Source: a virus (lineage: Duplodnaviria > Caudoviricetes). Taken from it: 30,598 nucleotides of DNA. The notes under the pieces were generated by a model, which searched no databases, had not been told where the DNA came from, and was given only the letters and a program-made list of their open reading frames with translations. Position numbers and translations under genes: made by a program. Shown one piece after another: positions 13,644 to 22,606 of the stretch; position 1 is the stretch's first letter, and each line of letters begins with the position of its first letter. The stretch is taken from IMG/VR virus record IMGVR_UViG_3300014201_000022, positions 1 to 30,598 of that record. One strand, given 5' to 3'.

Positions 13644-16600
13644 TCAACTACCTCCGCGCGGGTACCTCGAGCGGAAAGACGCCGACTGCGCGGCCCCGGA
13701 CAGTGCGGTGCCGATGCCCCCGGTGATGCCGTGCGGCAGCGATCCGGTCACCGCGATCAGCTGTTCCATCAGCGCGTTGTTGCGGTCGAGTTTCGCCCCC
13801 ATGTCGGAGCCGCCGGGCTGGGCGCCGGGAGTGACCGTCTCGGGTCCGTGCTCCCCGAACTGGTAGATCTGGCCGGACTGCTGCCCGAACCCGGTGACCG
13901 GCTCGGGTATCACGCCGCCGGCGGCGAAGTGCCGGACCCCGAGTTGCCGCAGGAGCGTCTCGGTCGCGGTGACCGCGCCCGTGTTCTTGGACTTCCGATA
14001 CGAGGCCAGGAGCGAGTCCAGGTGCCCGATCGTGCCGAGCTCGGAGGTGTACGTGCCCACGCCGAGCGAGGTCAGGATCGCGTTGGCCTGCCCCGCGGCG
14101 GTGAGGGAGTTGGCGGTGATGTCACCCTTGACGAGAGATTTCATCTTCGCGATGACGGCGGCCTGCGGGGCATTGCCCTTCGCGGTCAGGTCCGGGGTGA
14201 AGACGTGGACGCCGAACGTCGCGAGGAGATGTTCCGCCGACAGCTTCGCCGCCTTGGTCTTGGCCTTGCCCAGCAGCGAGTCCAGGAACGAGATCTGGCT
14301 GAGCTGAGCGTCGTACTTCGTCACCCCGGCGGTGCCGAGCAGCCGGTTCGCCTGGTTCGCCTCGCCGAGCCTGTTGTGCCAGATCAGCCCGCCCATCAGG
14401 GATTCCAGGACGGCCACGGCGGCTTTCTCCGCGGCGTTCAGCACCATGGCAGCGGGCGCGGTGCTGGTGGTAGCGGCTGCGGGTGCCGTCGTGGTGGCAG
14501 AAGCGTCCGACGACGTGTCCGTGCCCGAGGACGTGTCCGTGCTCGCCGTGGGGATGGTTGCGGGCAGCCCCAGGTCTGCCCGGGTCAGGCCGAGCCCCCC
14601 GGCGTCACCTGTCACCGCCTGCATGAGGGCCGGGAGGCCCTGTCCGCCCGTGTACGGCATCCAGGGCCACGGGCCGCCCTGCTGCTGCCAGGGTGCGCCG
14701 GAACCGCCCGGCTGCATCCACGGGGCACCGGAGCCGCCTCCCGGCTGCGTCCACGGCCACGGCGAGACCGGGCCGCCGGATGCGTACCAGCCGTACGCCT
14801 GCTCATGGGCGAGGGCGGCCTCCGGAGTCCCGTACCTCTGGGCGATGTAGTTGGCCATCGCGGTGGCCTGGCCCGCGTAGGTGGTCGAATTGCCCCCGTA
14901 CGTGGCGTACTCCGACGCCCCGCCGATGAACTGGGCCATCCCGTACGCCGAGGATGTGGGGTTCTGGGCGGTCAGGCTCATGCTCGCGTCCTCGCGGGCC
15001 TCCACGCCGAGCAGCGCCTGCAGCTGCGCCCCCGTCCACCCGTGGGCCTTGGCTGCCGCGGTCAGCGCGGCCAGGCCCGACGCGTTCGATATGCCCGCCG
15101 TGCTGGCCATCGCGGCAGCCGACGCGGCGGCAGCGGCGGCCTTGACCGCGGCGGCCATCGACGCCTTCATTGCCGCCACCATCGCGGCGGTCGCCTGCGA
15201 CTGGAACGTGCTGGCCATCCCGGCGATGTAGCCGGGGGTCAGGTTCCCGCCGTCGACCGCGCCGCCGGATGCGTACTTCCCGGCGTTGATCGCGTCCATC
15301 ATCGGCGTGCCGTACCGGGCCACCGACGATGCCTGCATGACGTACTCGCCCTTGGACAGCCAGGCCGGCACGTCGTCGGCGGTGCCGGTGGTGCCCTGGG
15401 AGATGTAGCCGCCCGTGGCCTGCACGAGCCGGCCGCCGCCCTGCTCCAGCGCCTCCGCGGTCCCCTGGGACTGGTTCCCCACCTCGGTGATCGTGTAGGT
15501 CCCGTCGCCTTTCATGGTGATCGTGATGTTCGCGCCGTGCAGCTTGCCGATCGCCGTGGCCAGCCCGTCGACCAGCCCGGTGGCGGTCTGCGCGTTCAGC
15601 CCGGACTTCTCCAGGTCATCGATCAGCTGCGTCCGCGCGGCCTGCGCGGCGCTGGACTTCGCCCCGTCGTCCTGGACGGCGAGGGAGAAGTTGTTGAGAT
15701 CCTGGCGTCCCTGGGATGCGTTCGAGCTGGTGCTGATGATGTCGGTGATGAGCTGCTGGCGTGCCGCCTGCGCCTGGGCGGAGCTGACCCCGTTCTGCGC
15801 GATGGCCTCGTTGTAATCCTGGACGTCCTCCAGGGCCTTGACCGAGTTCACCCCGGCGCTGATCAGGTCGGTGATCAGCTGGCTGCGGGCCGCCTGGGCC
15901 TGCGCGGACTTCACCCCGTTGGCCTGGACCGCCGCCGTGTAGTCATCCAGGGCGCCCGACGCGGCGGACGCGCCTTTCTCCTCGCCGTTGAACGCATCGG
16001 TGATCTGGCTGATCGCGGACGCCATCTGCTTCTGCGCGCTGGTGGTGTTCGCCTGCTGGAACTTCGCGGCGGAGGAGTTGACCAGGGCCGCCACGAACGG
16101 GGCGAGCTGGTTCCCGTTCGTCGCCTTGATCACCCCGGCGATGACGGCCCCGATGGCGAGCGGGGCGAGCACCAGCGCGAGTCCCGCGGCGGCCCCGGCG
16201 ATCCCGATCCCGCCCGCGGCCTCCGCGGCCTCCTCCCCGCCGGCCGCGGCCTCACCTCCGCCCGCTGCCGCGGCGCCGCCTTCCGCGCCCTCGGCATCCC
16301 CCGCTGCGCCCTCCTTGCCCGCGGCACCCGCCATCGTGTCGGCGGCCCGCTGCATCGCGGCAGCCGCCTCGGTCATGGTGTCGCCGGCGTCCTGCATCCC
16401 GGTGGCGGCCTCTTCAGCGGCACCGCCGCCGGCCTCCCCCATCCCGAACAGCTTCTGCAGCGACGTCACCATGGCGGACAGCCCGGCGAACGCGGCCCGT
16501 CCCAGCGCCAGGGCCTTGACGGACACGACGATGCCGGCCAGGGCCAGGGCGATGGCTTTCAGCACGTCCGGCGGCAGGAACGCGATGACGTCGGACAGCG

Positions 16601-18506
16601 CGTCCGCGACCCCCTTGACCACGGCGACCAGGGCGACGGTGAAGATCCCCGCGAGGTCAGTGAGCAGCGGCAGGATGACGGGGAGAACGTCGGCGATGGC
16701 GGACAGCACGGTGGTCGCCAGCGTGGTCAGCGGCGGCAGCACCGCGGCGACCGCCGACGCCAGCCCGCCCGCCAGGATGCCCGCGATCTGCCCGATGGCG
16801 GTGAAGACGGGCGGCAGGATGGGGGCGAGCCCGTCGACCAGCGCGGCGACGAATGCGGCGAGCGGGGCGGCCAGATCCTCGAGGGCGTCGCCGAGGATGG
16901 CGAACACGCCGCTGTTCTCCAGCGTGGTGAACACCAGGCCGAGCGTCTTCGCGAACGTGTTCAGCGACGGGGCGATGTCGGTGAGGAACGTGGCCAGCGC
17001 GCCGAACGCCGAGGACAGGTCGCCGAGCACCGCCCCGGCCAGGCTGGCGAGGATGCCGCCGACCGTGGTGAGGAACGGGGTGAGCGACCTGACCACCCCG
17101 GCGAAGGTGGTGATCGCGGGGGCCAGCGCGTCGGCGAACAGCCCGCCCAGCTTGACCAGCACGGGCAGCAGGGAGCCGACCAGGTCCAGCAGCGAGCCGA
17201 GCACCTTCATCGACGCGCCCACGGCGGGAGCGGCGGCGGAGAACAGGCCGCCCAGGTTCTTCCCGAGGGTGGCGAGGATGCCGCCGAACTGGGACACGAA
17301 CGGGACCGTCGCCCTGATCACCGTCGCCAGGCCGGGGAGGATATTGGAGACCAGTTTCTCCACGCCGCCGATGAACGCGCCGAACGCGGGCGCCGCCGCC
17401 GACATGACGCTGACCAGGCCCTTGATGATCGGGCCGAGCCCGGAGACGATCCCGCCGACCTGCGGGGCGATCACCTTGAACAGGCCGGCCAGCTCAGGCT
17501 CGACCGACCGGATCATGCCGGGGATCTGGGCGAGCGCGGCGTGCAGGGCGGGGATCAGCGGCGCGGCGGCCTGCTTCAGCACGTCGCTGGCGCCGGTGCC
17601 GATCTTCTTGAACTGGGCGGTCAGCTCCGGGCTGCCCTTGATCACCTCCGCGACCGCCCCGCCGATCATGGCCACGCCGATGCCCAGACCGGCAATCCCG
17701 GCGATGGCGGGCAGGGTGGCCAGCGCGGTGCCGACGCCGGTCACCATCAGGCCCATCTTCGCGCCGACCCCGGCGATGCCCGGCCCGATCCCGCCGAGGA
17801 CGCCCTTCCCGATGTCGGCGCCGCCGTCGTTCCCGGCGCTGCCCATCTTGGTGCGGAAGTCCCGCAGCATGTCATCGACCCGGGAGCCGAACGTGCCCGA
17901 GAACCCTTCCCCGGCTTTGTCCCCGGTGTCTTTGGAGTCCTGTATCACCTCCTCCCGGGACTGCTCGTCTACCTTCTCCTTCACCGTGTCGGTCGTCTCG
18001 GTGTTGCCCGGCCCGGTCCCGGTGACCTTCTGGCTGATCGTGTCGGTGGTGGTGACGTTGCCGGGCTGCTTCCCGGTCAGCACGTCCCGGACCGTGTTCT
18101 GCGCCGACGACGACCCCTGGCTGCTGCCTGACGCCGCGGACACGCCCCCGCCGCCGCCCTGGTCGGACACCATCCGCCCGAGCAGGCCCCCGCTGGCCGC
18201 CTGCTGCGCGGACGGGGCTCCGGTGAGCGGATGCGGGCTGAACAGCGCGTCCAGGGCGCCGAGGACCGAGCCCTGCGGGGAGCTTCTCAGCCGTGAGATC
18301 GCGTCCCGGCTGAGCATGTTGTCGAGGTCGGCGAACATCTTTCTCGCCTTGGACAAACTGCCACTGTCAAAGACCGCCGTGATCTTGATGCGGTGGTCTT
18401 TCTCCAGCTCCTTGACCTCGGCCTTGATCTTGTCGAGATCGGCTTTCGCCTTCGCGGTGTCGACCGACAGCGAGGCCTGGATCGCGCCCGCGTCGTACGT
18501 GCTCAC
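13644..18506 (-). CDS. Tape measure protein with lytic transglycosylase-like domain (1620 aa)
   Basis: Longest gene, after the chaperones; amphipathic A/L/G repeats; ATGG...DDVPAWLSKGEYVM motif; REDAS...AQNPTSSAYGMAQF...YIAQRYG...GWY SLT-like domain at about 14781-15045. Confidence 0.93.
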   Translation of the reverse strand: MSTYDAGAIQASLSVDTAKAKADLDKIKAEVKELEKDHRIKITAVFDSGSLSKARKMFADLDNMLSRDAISRLRSSPQGSVLGALDALFSPHPLTGAPSAQQAASGGLLGRMVSDQGGGGGVSAASGSSQGSSSAQNTVRDVLTGKQPGNVTTTDTISQKVTGTGPGNTETTDTVKEKVDEQSREEVIQDSKDTGDKAGEGFSGTFGSRVDDMLRDFRTKMGSAGNDGGADIGKGVLGGIGPGIAGVGAKMGLMVTGVGTALATLPAIAGIAGLGIGVAMIGGAVAEVIKGSPELTAQFKKIGTGASDVLKQAAAPLIPALHAALAQIPGMIRSVEPELAGLFKVIAPQVGGIVSGLGPIIKGLVSVMSAAAPAFGAFIGGVEKLVSNILPGLATVIRATVPFVSQFGGILATLGKNLGGLFSAAAPAVGASMKVLGSLLDLVGSLLPVLVKLGGLFADALAPAITTFAGVVRSLTPFLTTVGGILASLAGAVLGDLSSAFGALATFLTDIAPSLNTFAKTLGLVFTTLENSGVFAILGDALEDLAAPLAAFVAALVDGLAPILPPVFTAIGQIAGILAGGLASAVAAVLPPLTTLATTVLSAIADVLPVILPLLTDLAGIFTVALVAVVKGVADALSDVIAFLPPDVLKAIALALAGIVVSVKALALGRAAFAGLSAMVTSLQKLFGMGEAGGGAAEEAATGMQDAGDTMTEAAAAMQRAADTMAGAAGKEGAAGDAEGAEGGAAAAGGGEAAAGGEEAAEAAGGIGIAGAAAGLALVLAPLAIGAVIAGVIKATNGNQLAPFVAALVNSSAAKFQQANTTSAQKQMASAISQITDAFNGEEKGASAASGALDDYTAAVQANGVKSAQAQAARSQLITDLISAGVNSVKALEDVQDYNEAIAQNGVSSAQAQAARQQLITDIISTSSNASQGRQDLNNFSLAVQDDGAKSSAAQAARTQLIDDLEKSGLNAQTATGLVDGLATAIGKLHGANITITMKGDGTYTITEVGNQSQGTAEALEQGGGRLVQATGGYISQGTTGTADDVPAWLSKGEYVMQASSVARYGTPMMDAINAGKYASGGAVDGGNLTPGYIAGMASTFQSQATAAMVAAMKASMAAAVKAAAAAASAAAMASTAGISNASGLAALTAAAKAHGWTGAQLQALLGVEAREDASMSLTAQNPTSSAYGMAQFIGGASEYATYGGNSTTYAGQATAMANYIAQRYGTPEAALAHEQAYGWYASGGPVSPWPWTQPGGGSGAPWMQPGGSGAPWQQQGGPWPWMPYTGGQGLPALMQAVTGDAGGLGLTRADLGLPATIPTASTDTSSGTDTSSDASATTTAPAAATTSTAPAAMVLNAAEKAAVAVLESLMGGLIWHNRLGEANQANRLLGTAGVTKYDAQLSQISFLDSLLGKAKTKAAKLSAEHLLATFGVHVFTPDLTAKGNAPQAAVIAKMKSLVKGDITANSLTAAGQANAILTSLGVGTYTSELGTIGHLDSLLASYRKSKNTGAVTATETLLRQLGVRHFAAGGVIPEPVTGFGQQSGQIYQFGEHGPETVTPGAQPGGSDMGAKLDRNNALMEQLIAVTGSLPHGITGGIGTALSGAAQSASFRSRYPRGGS

Positions 18507-18848
18507 GACTGCCCCCGGCGGGCTGCGCGCTCGGAGTCCAGGCTGGTGATCATGGAGTCCAGGTCGATGACGGCGGGCGCGGGCACGGCACGGGTCGTGA
18601 TGGGGAGCACGTCGCGCACCTCCTCCTGCCTGTCACCCGCCTCCTGCCCGCCGCCCTGCAGGGACAGGGGCACGTCCGGGTCCTCCGCCATCCCGTCCAG
18701 GTAGCACTGCTGCACGTCCCACGGCAGGGCGTCCCACTCATCCGCCCCGATCTGAAGGAATCTCCTAGCGCAGTAGAGGACTACTGACCGGCTGCGAGAC
18801 GAAGGCCGTTCTGCTGCTGCCCGCCATCGGCGGGCACGGGTTCCGGGG
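18503..18848 (-). CDS. Tail assembly chaperone C-terminal extension (lambda gpT-like), probably reached by -1 frameshift
   Basis: Open -1 frame overlapping the chaperone 3' end, encoding VVLYCARRFLQIGADEWDALPWDVQQCYLDG; stop overlaps the tape measure GTG. Slip site is uncertain. Confidence 0.65.
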
Positions 18849-19218
18849 ACATCACCTCGCCTTGCAGGAACGCGAACAGGAGCATCCGCCGCGGAACCGG
18901 CACCGCGAGGATCTGCGCCCTGGTCGGCTTGCCGCTGCACAGCTTCGAGTGCAGGTCCGCGAGGTCGGACATGACCTCCACGAACTTGTCCGGCTCCAGC
19001 TCGTCCAGCGCCCTGATCGTCGCCTCCGGGTCGCGGGTGTCGACCTCCCCGCTGATCCCCATCGACGCCAGGCCGCCGCGCATCAGCCGCTTCAGCCCGG
19101 CCAGGAACTCGCCCAGCTGCTTGTCGGACGGCTCCCGGACGTCGGCGTCGAAGTCGGCGTACGGCAGCAGCCTGATGTGGATCGGCTCGACCACCGACCC
19201 GGCGTCGAAAGAGGGCAT
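18781..19218 (-). CDS. Tail assembly chaperone (lambda gpG-like, 145 aa)
   Basis: Between tail tube and tape measure; GGAG RBS; helical, charged protein. Confidence 0.75.
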   Translation of the reverse strand: MPSFDAGSVVEPIHIRLLPYADFDADVREPSDKQLGEFLAGLKRLMRGGLASMGISGEVDTRDPEATIRALDELEPDKFVEVMSDLADLHSKLCSGKPTRAQILAVPVPRRMLLFAFLQGEVMSPEPVPADGGQQQNGLRLAAGQ

Positions 19219-19270
19219 AAGCGGCGCTCCGTGCTATCGTAGTCGTGTTCGGAAAAGGGCTGTGACGTGC

Positions 19271-19879
19271 TCAGGAGGTCGCAATTGCCGTCAGCTCACT
19301 CCAAGTGATGGACTGGAACGGGCAGATCGCCGAGAGGGTGAGCGGGTAGACGCGCTGCTGCGCGGCCCTGCGGTACGCGGTCTGCACCTGGCCGGCGCTG
19401 ATCACGGTCGGGATGTACAGCACCCCGGCGTACCCGTAGGCGTTCTTCCCGACCAGCGCCACCGACATGGACTGGAAGTTGGTCGACAGGGTGAGCACCG
19501 ACTTGCCGGGCTGGCTGGCGCCGGGGGCGGTGACCGCGATCGTCCCGCCGTTGCCCCAGGACAGGTTGACGTTGCTCAGCGTCTCCTCGGACAGGTTCAT
19601 CGTCACTGTCAGGTCCGCCGTGCTGACCGCGACGCCGACCGGGGTCGGCTGTTCTTCAATCACGATGTTCTGAGTCGTCGGGGCGAAGGTGACGGTGACG
19701 CCGTCGAGGGTGGCGCCGACGTACGCCCAGCCCAGCCCGGTCCACGCCGTCCCGACGCCCAGGTTCTGGTCCGACGGCACCGACGTGCCGGTGACGGCGG
19801 TGAACGCGATCCCGATCCCGTACGTCACGTTGGTGGTGGTGTAGCCGGGCGGGGTGTACAGCAGCGGTGCGCCGGCCAT
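19271..19879 (-). CDS. Major tail (tube) protein (202 aa)
   Basis: WAYVGATLDGVTVTF...IEEQPTPV...LTVTMNLSEETLSNVNLSWG pattern of actinophage tail tubes; position; GGAGG RBS. Confidence 0.85.
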   Translation of the reverse strand: MAGAPLLYTPPGYTTTNVTYGIGIAFTAVTGTSVPSDQNLGVGTAWTGLGWAYVGATLDGVTVTFAPTTQNIVIEEQPTPVGVAVSTADLTVTMNLSEETLSNVNLSWGNGGTIAVTAPGASQPGKSVLTLSTNFQSMSVALVGKNAYGYAGVLYIPTVISAGQVQTAYRRAAQQRVYPLTLSAICPFQSITWSELTAIATS

Positions 19880-19880
19880 G

Positions 19881-20252
19881 TCAGGCCTCCGTCTGGATGA
19901 GGGTCACGCCCGCGCCCGCCGCGGCCTCCGCGAGGGCGGGGGCCATGTGCGCGGGCACGGGGGTGGGGCTGGTGCCGACGGTGACGCCGCCGAACGTGAT
20001 CGCCACGTGCGGGCTGCCCTCGGCGATCTGCATGAGCACCTTGGCGCCCGCGACCGCCTCGGCCCGCAGGACGGCAAGCTCGTCCTCGAGCTGCGCGGCG
20101 CGGCCGGACGGGTCCTGCCTGTCTCCCGCCGGTTCCGTCCCGGCTGGCGGCTTGCCTGCTGCCGGCGGCTGTGCTGTCGTCATCGGTGCCTCCTGCGGCG
20201 CTGGCTCTGGCGGTGGTCCGGGCTGCGGTCCCGGCGTGCCGGGCTGGGTCAT
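19881..20252 (-). CDS. Hypothetical protein with Pro-rich N-terminus (123 aa)
   Basis: ATGA overlap with the upstream stop; C-terminal part of track ORF 19881..20576. Confidence 0.65.
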   Translation of the reverse strand: MTQPGTPGPQPGPPPEPAPQEAPMTTAQPPAAGKPPAGTEPAGDRQDPSGRAAQLEDELAVLRAEAVAGAKVLMQIAEGSPHVAITFGGVTVGTSPTPVPAHMAPALAEAAAGAGVTLIQTEA

Positions 20253-20764
20253 GGGGACACCTGGCTGACCTGGTACACGCGGACGGCCAGCGTGGTGGTG
20301 GTCGTGAAGTCGATGCAGGTCAGGCCGACCCCGGCGGTGAGGATGGCGAGGCCGAGCGCCGCCGTCGCGCCACCCGGGGCGGTGCCGCCGCCGTACGCGG
20401 TGGCGTCCTGCTGGTTGAAGTCCTGCGGCGACATCGGCGGCAGGAAGTACGTGGTGGTCGCGGCCAGGATCGGCCCGAACGTGGCGGGCGGGGGCAGCTG
20501 GCCCTCCACCTTGCGGCCCTGAAGGATCTGCACCTGGCCGCCCAGGGTCGCGCCGCAGTAGATGTACACCCAGCACTGCCCGTTGTTCGGGAACATGATC
20601 CCCGTGTAGGGGCCGCCGGACGCCCAGGTGGTAGCGAACGCCGTCCCCCCGGTCCCGGCCGCGTCGATCCCGTAGGCGGGGGCCGCCTGCGGCAGGGTGC
20701 CGCCGGCGGAGAACGACGACTGGCCCATGTTGACGGGGGTCACCAGGCAGCGGTTCAGGGCCAT
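20249..20764 (-). CDS. Hypothetical virion protein (171 aa)
   Basis: Operon packing; beta-rich sequence with MFPNNGQCWVYI motif. Confidence 0.7.
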   Translation of the reverse strand: MALNRCLVTPVNMGQSSFSAGGTLPQAAPAYGIDAAGTGGTAFATTWASGGPYTGIMFPNNGQCWVYIYCGATLGGQVQILQGRKVEGQLPPPATFGPILAATTTYFLPPMSPQDFNQQDATAYGGGTAPGGATAALGLAILTAGVGLTCIDFTTTTTLAVRVYQVSQVSP

Positions 20765-20765
20765 G

Positions 20766-21200
20766 TCAGGTCACTCCCGTGATGAGGATGTAGTCGGCTG
20801 TGTACTCGAAGCGGCGGTCTGAGGGGTCCAGGGGAAGCGGCGACGGGGTGGATCCGAGCCGCTGGCAGCTGATGACCCGGACTCCGTTAACCCAGGCGGG
20901 GGTGAGCGCGGTGAGGATCGTCCAGTCCAGGAGCTGCGCCCCGGCCATCGCCGCCACCGGGTCGTCGGACGGGCCGCGGAGACGGGCCTGGAACCCCCAG
21001 GCGTCCGTCCCGCCCTCCTCCGTCGTGTAGCCGGGGCCGGGGGTAGGGGTGATGAACACGGCCCGGTCGGGGGAGACGAGGATCTCCGGGCCGGCGTAGA
21101 GCGGGTAACCACTCTCTTGTGTCACATCCCAGCCAGCGGCGGTGAGGAAGCCGATGACGACCTGCGTGCGGGGCGTGGTGATGACGGCGGGCGTGGTCAT
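20766..21200 (-). CDS. Tail terminator-like protein (144 aa)
   Basis: PDRAVFITPTPGPG...FQARLRG...LPLDPSDRRFEYTADY fits the tail terminator pattern; ATGA-coupled start at 21200. Confidence 0.75.
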   Translation of the reverse strand: MTTPAVITTPRTQVVIGFLTAAGWDVTQESGYPLYAGPEILVSPDRAVFITPTPGPGYTTEEGGTDAWGFQARLRGPSDDPVAAMAGAQLLDWTILTALTPAWVNGVRVISCQRLGSTPSPLPLDPSDRRFEYTADYILITGVT

Positions 21201-21406
21201 GTGCGGCACCTCGCCTCGCGCAGGTCATCCAGCAGCCCCAGGGCCATACCCTGCGCCTCGGTGGTGCTCAGGCCCTCGGTGGCGCGGGACCAGTAGCAGA
21301 CCTTCCCGTCCTCATCCAGTCCCTTGATGCACACCACGGCAGCGAGCGGCTGCATGATGTCGTTCTCGCCTTCCAGTGTCATTCCGGCCACGGTCACGGA
21401 GGTCAC
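21197..21406 (-). CDS. Hypothetical protein (69 aa)
   Basis: GTGA and ATGA overlaps at both ends; MTSVTVAGMTLEGENDIMQPLAAVVCIKGLDEDG... Confidence 0.6.
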   Translation of the reverse strand: MTSVTVAGMTLEGENDIMQPLAAVVCIKGLDEDGKVCYWSRATEGLSTTEAQGMALGLLDDLREARCRT

Positions 21407-21927
21407 AGGCGCCCCCTCAGCGCGTGCGGCTCGTTCTTGCCGGGGATGCGGTAGACCTTGCCGTGCTTGGTGAAGTAGACGGTCAGGCCCTCGGCGAGGC
21501 GCATGCGGAGGATGGCCCGGGACTTGGCCTTCAGCTCCTCCCTGGACAGCCTCGCGGCCTTCGGGGGCCGGTCGTAGAGGGTCCTGCCGCCCTGAGTGAC
21601 CTGCGGGTGCCCGCTGTCGCGGAGATCCCCCCATTCCCGGGGGGCCGTGATCTCAACCTGATCGCTAAGGTGCTCCATCGACCGCTTCATGGCAGGCTGT
21701 CCGCCATCGTCCAGGACTGTCCGCGCGTAGTCGGTCAGGTAGTCCCGGTAGTGCTCCATGAGCGGCTTCTGGAGGTACTTGGCGGATCCGCCCCTAGGAT
21801 GATGTAGCTCCATGCGTTCATGCTGATACTTAGCGTAAACCTGGTCGACCGTAACCGACCCGGCCAGCCTGCCGCTGCCGATCCGCTTCTCCAGCTCGTC
21901 TATCCGCTGCGTGAAGGTTCCCGTCAT
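21403..21927 (-). CDS. Neck/tail completion protein, HK97 gp10-like motifs (174 aa)
   Basis: VYAKYQHE...HPRGGSAKYLQKPL and APREWGDLRDS motifs; lies between adaptor and terminator. Start moved to ATG 21927. Confidence 0.65.
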   Translation of the reverse strand: MTGTFTQRIDELEKRIGSGRLAGSVTVDQVYAKYQHERMELHHPRGGSAKYLQKPLMEHYRDYLTDYARTVLDDGGQPAMKRSMEHLSDQVEITAPREWGDLRDSGHPQVTQGGRTLYDRPPKAARLSREELKAKSRAILRMRLAEGLTVYFTKHGKVYRIPGKNEPHALRGRL

Positions 21928-22052
21928 CACGCCACCGCCACGAGCACGCGCTTGATCGTGATAGGCAGCGGGATGTTCGACGTCAGGCTGGATGTCGCTG
22001 CGGGCTCTCTGCCGGTGGTGATGCTCAGCCACACGAGCGGGTATCTGGTCAT
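21927..22052 (-). CDS. Small hypothetical protein (41 aa)
   Basis: MTRYPLVWLSITTGREPAATSSLTSNIPLPITIKRVLVAVA; ATGA overlap upstream and TGATG overlap downstream; exactly fills the gap. Confidence 0.45.
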   Translation of the reverse strand: MTRYPLVWLSITTGREPAATSSLTSNIPLPITIKRVLVAVA

Positions 22053-22606
22053 CCCTGGTAGACCGTCCCGGCACCGTCTCCCCAGCCCATGCCGCGCGGC
22101 GACCACTGGCCAAGAGGCACATCGGCCTCCAAAACGCCCGTGGTCGGGGAAACGCGGGTGTTGGAATCGTTGCCGGTGAAGATCGGGGGTATCCGGTTGA
22201 TCAGAACACCAGTCTCAGACCCGATCCCCGGCGCGGCCACCGGATCGAGAAGGATCTTGCCGTCGCGCACCGCCTCCAGGATCGACATCGCATCGCGATA
22301 TGCGATGTACGCCGGATGCGTGACCTCGATGCTTTTGCTCTTGAGATATGTCTTGTACGCCCAGAAGCACGCGAGATCGAGAGCCAAGTCGTGCAGGATC
22401 GCCGGCGGATTGGCCTGCGGGGTGGAGGAGTCATAGACGTTGCCGGCAAACACCGAAACCCTGTTCGACGCCGCGTACAGCGCGAGGGTGAGCTGAGCGT
22501 CGGTCAGCGCGTCCGCGGTGCCGGTGCCGGAGTCGGTGCCCGCCATCACGTTCCGCAGGTCGGTGACGCTCGCGTACAGGGTGCCGGAGGCCACGGGCAT
22601 GGTCAT
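22049..22606 (-). CDS. Head-tail adaptor, Mu gp36/DUF1320-like (185 aa)
   Basis: YASVTDLR...AASNRV...PAILHDLALDLACFWAY...YRDAMSILEAVRDGKILL matches the gp36 family pattern. Confidence 0.8.
   Translation of the reverse strand: MTMPVASGTLYASVTDLRNVMAGTDSGTGTADALTDAQLTLALYAASNRVSVFAGNVYDSSTPQANPPAILHDLALDLACFWAYKTYLKSKSIEVTHPAYIAYRDAMSILEAVRDGKILLDPVAAPGIGSETGVLINRIPPIFTGNDSNTRVSPTTGVLEADVPLGQWSPRGMGWGDGAGTVYQG

Noticed and set aside
13731-18549. Very long plus-strand ORFs (1466 aa and 853 aa) opposite the tape measure gene
   Set aside because: Antisense shadows expected in very GC-rich coding DNA; low-complexity translations with no recognisable motifs.
19219-19270. Possible internal promoter (TACGAT at 19236-19241, minus strand) or terminator after the tail tube gene
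   Set aside because: Only a hexamer, with no clear -35, no full TGCA motif and no strong stem with U-tract.
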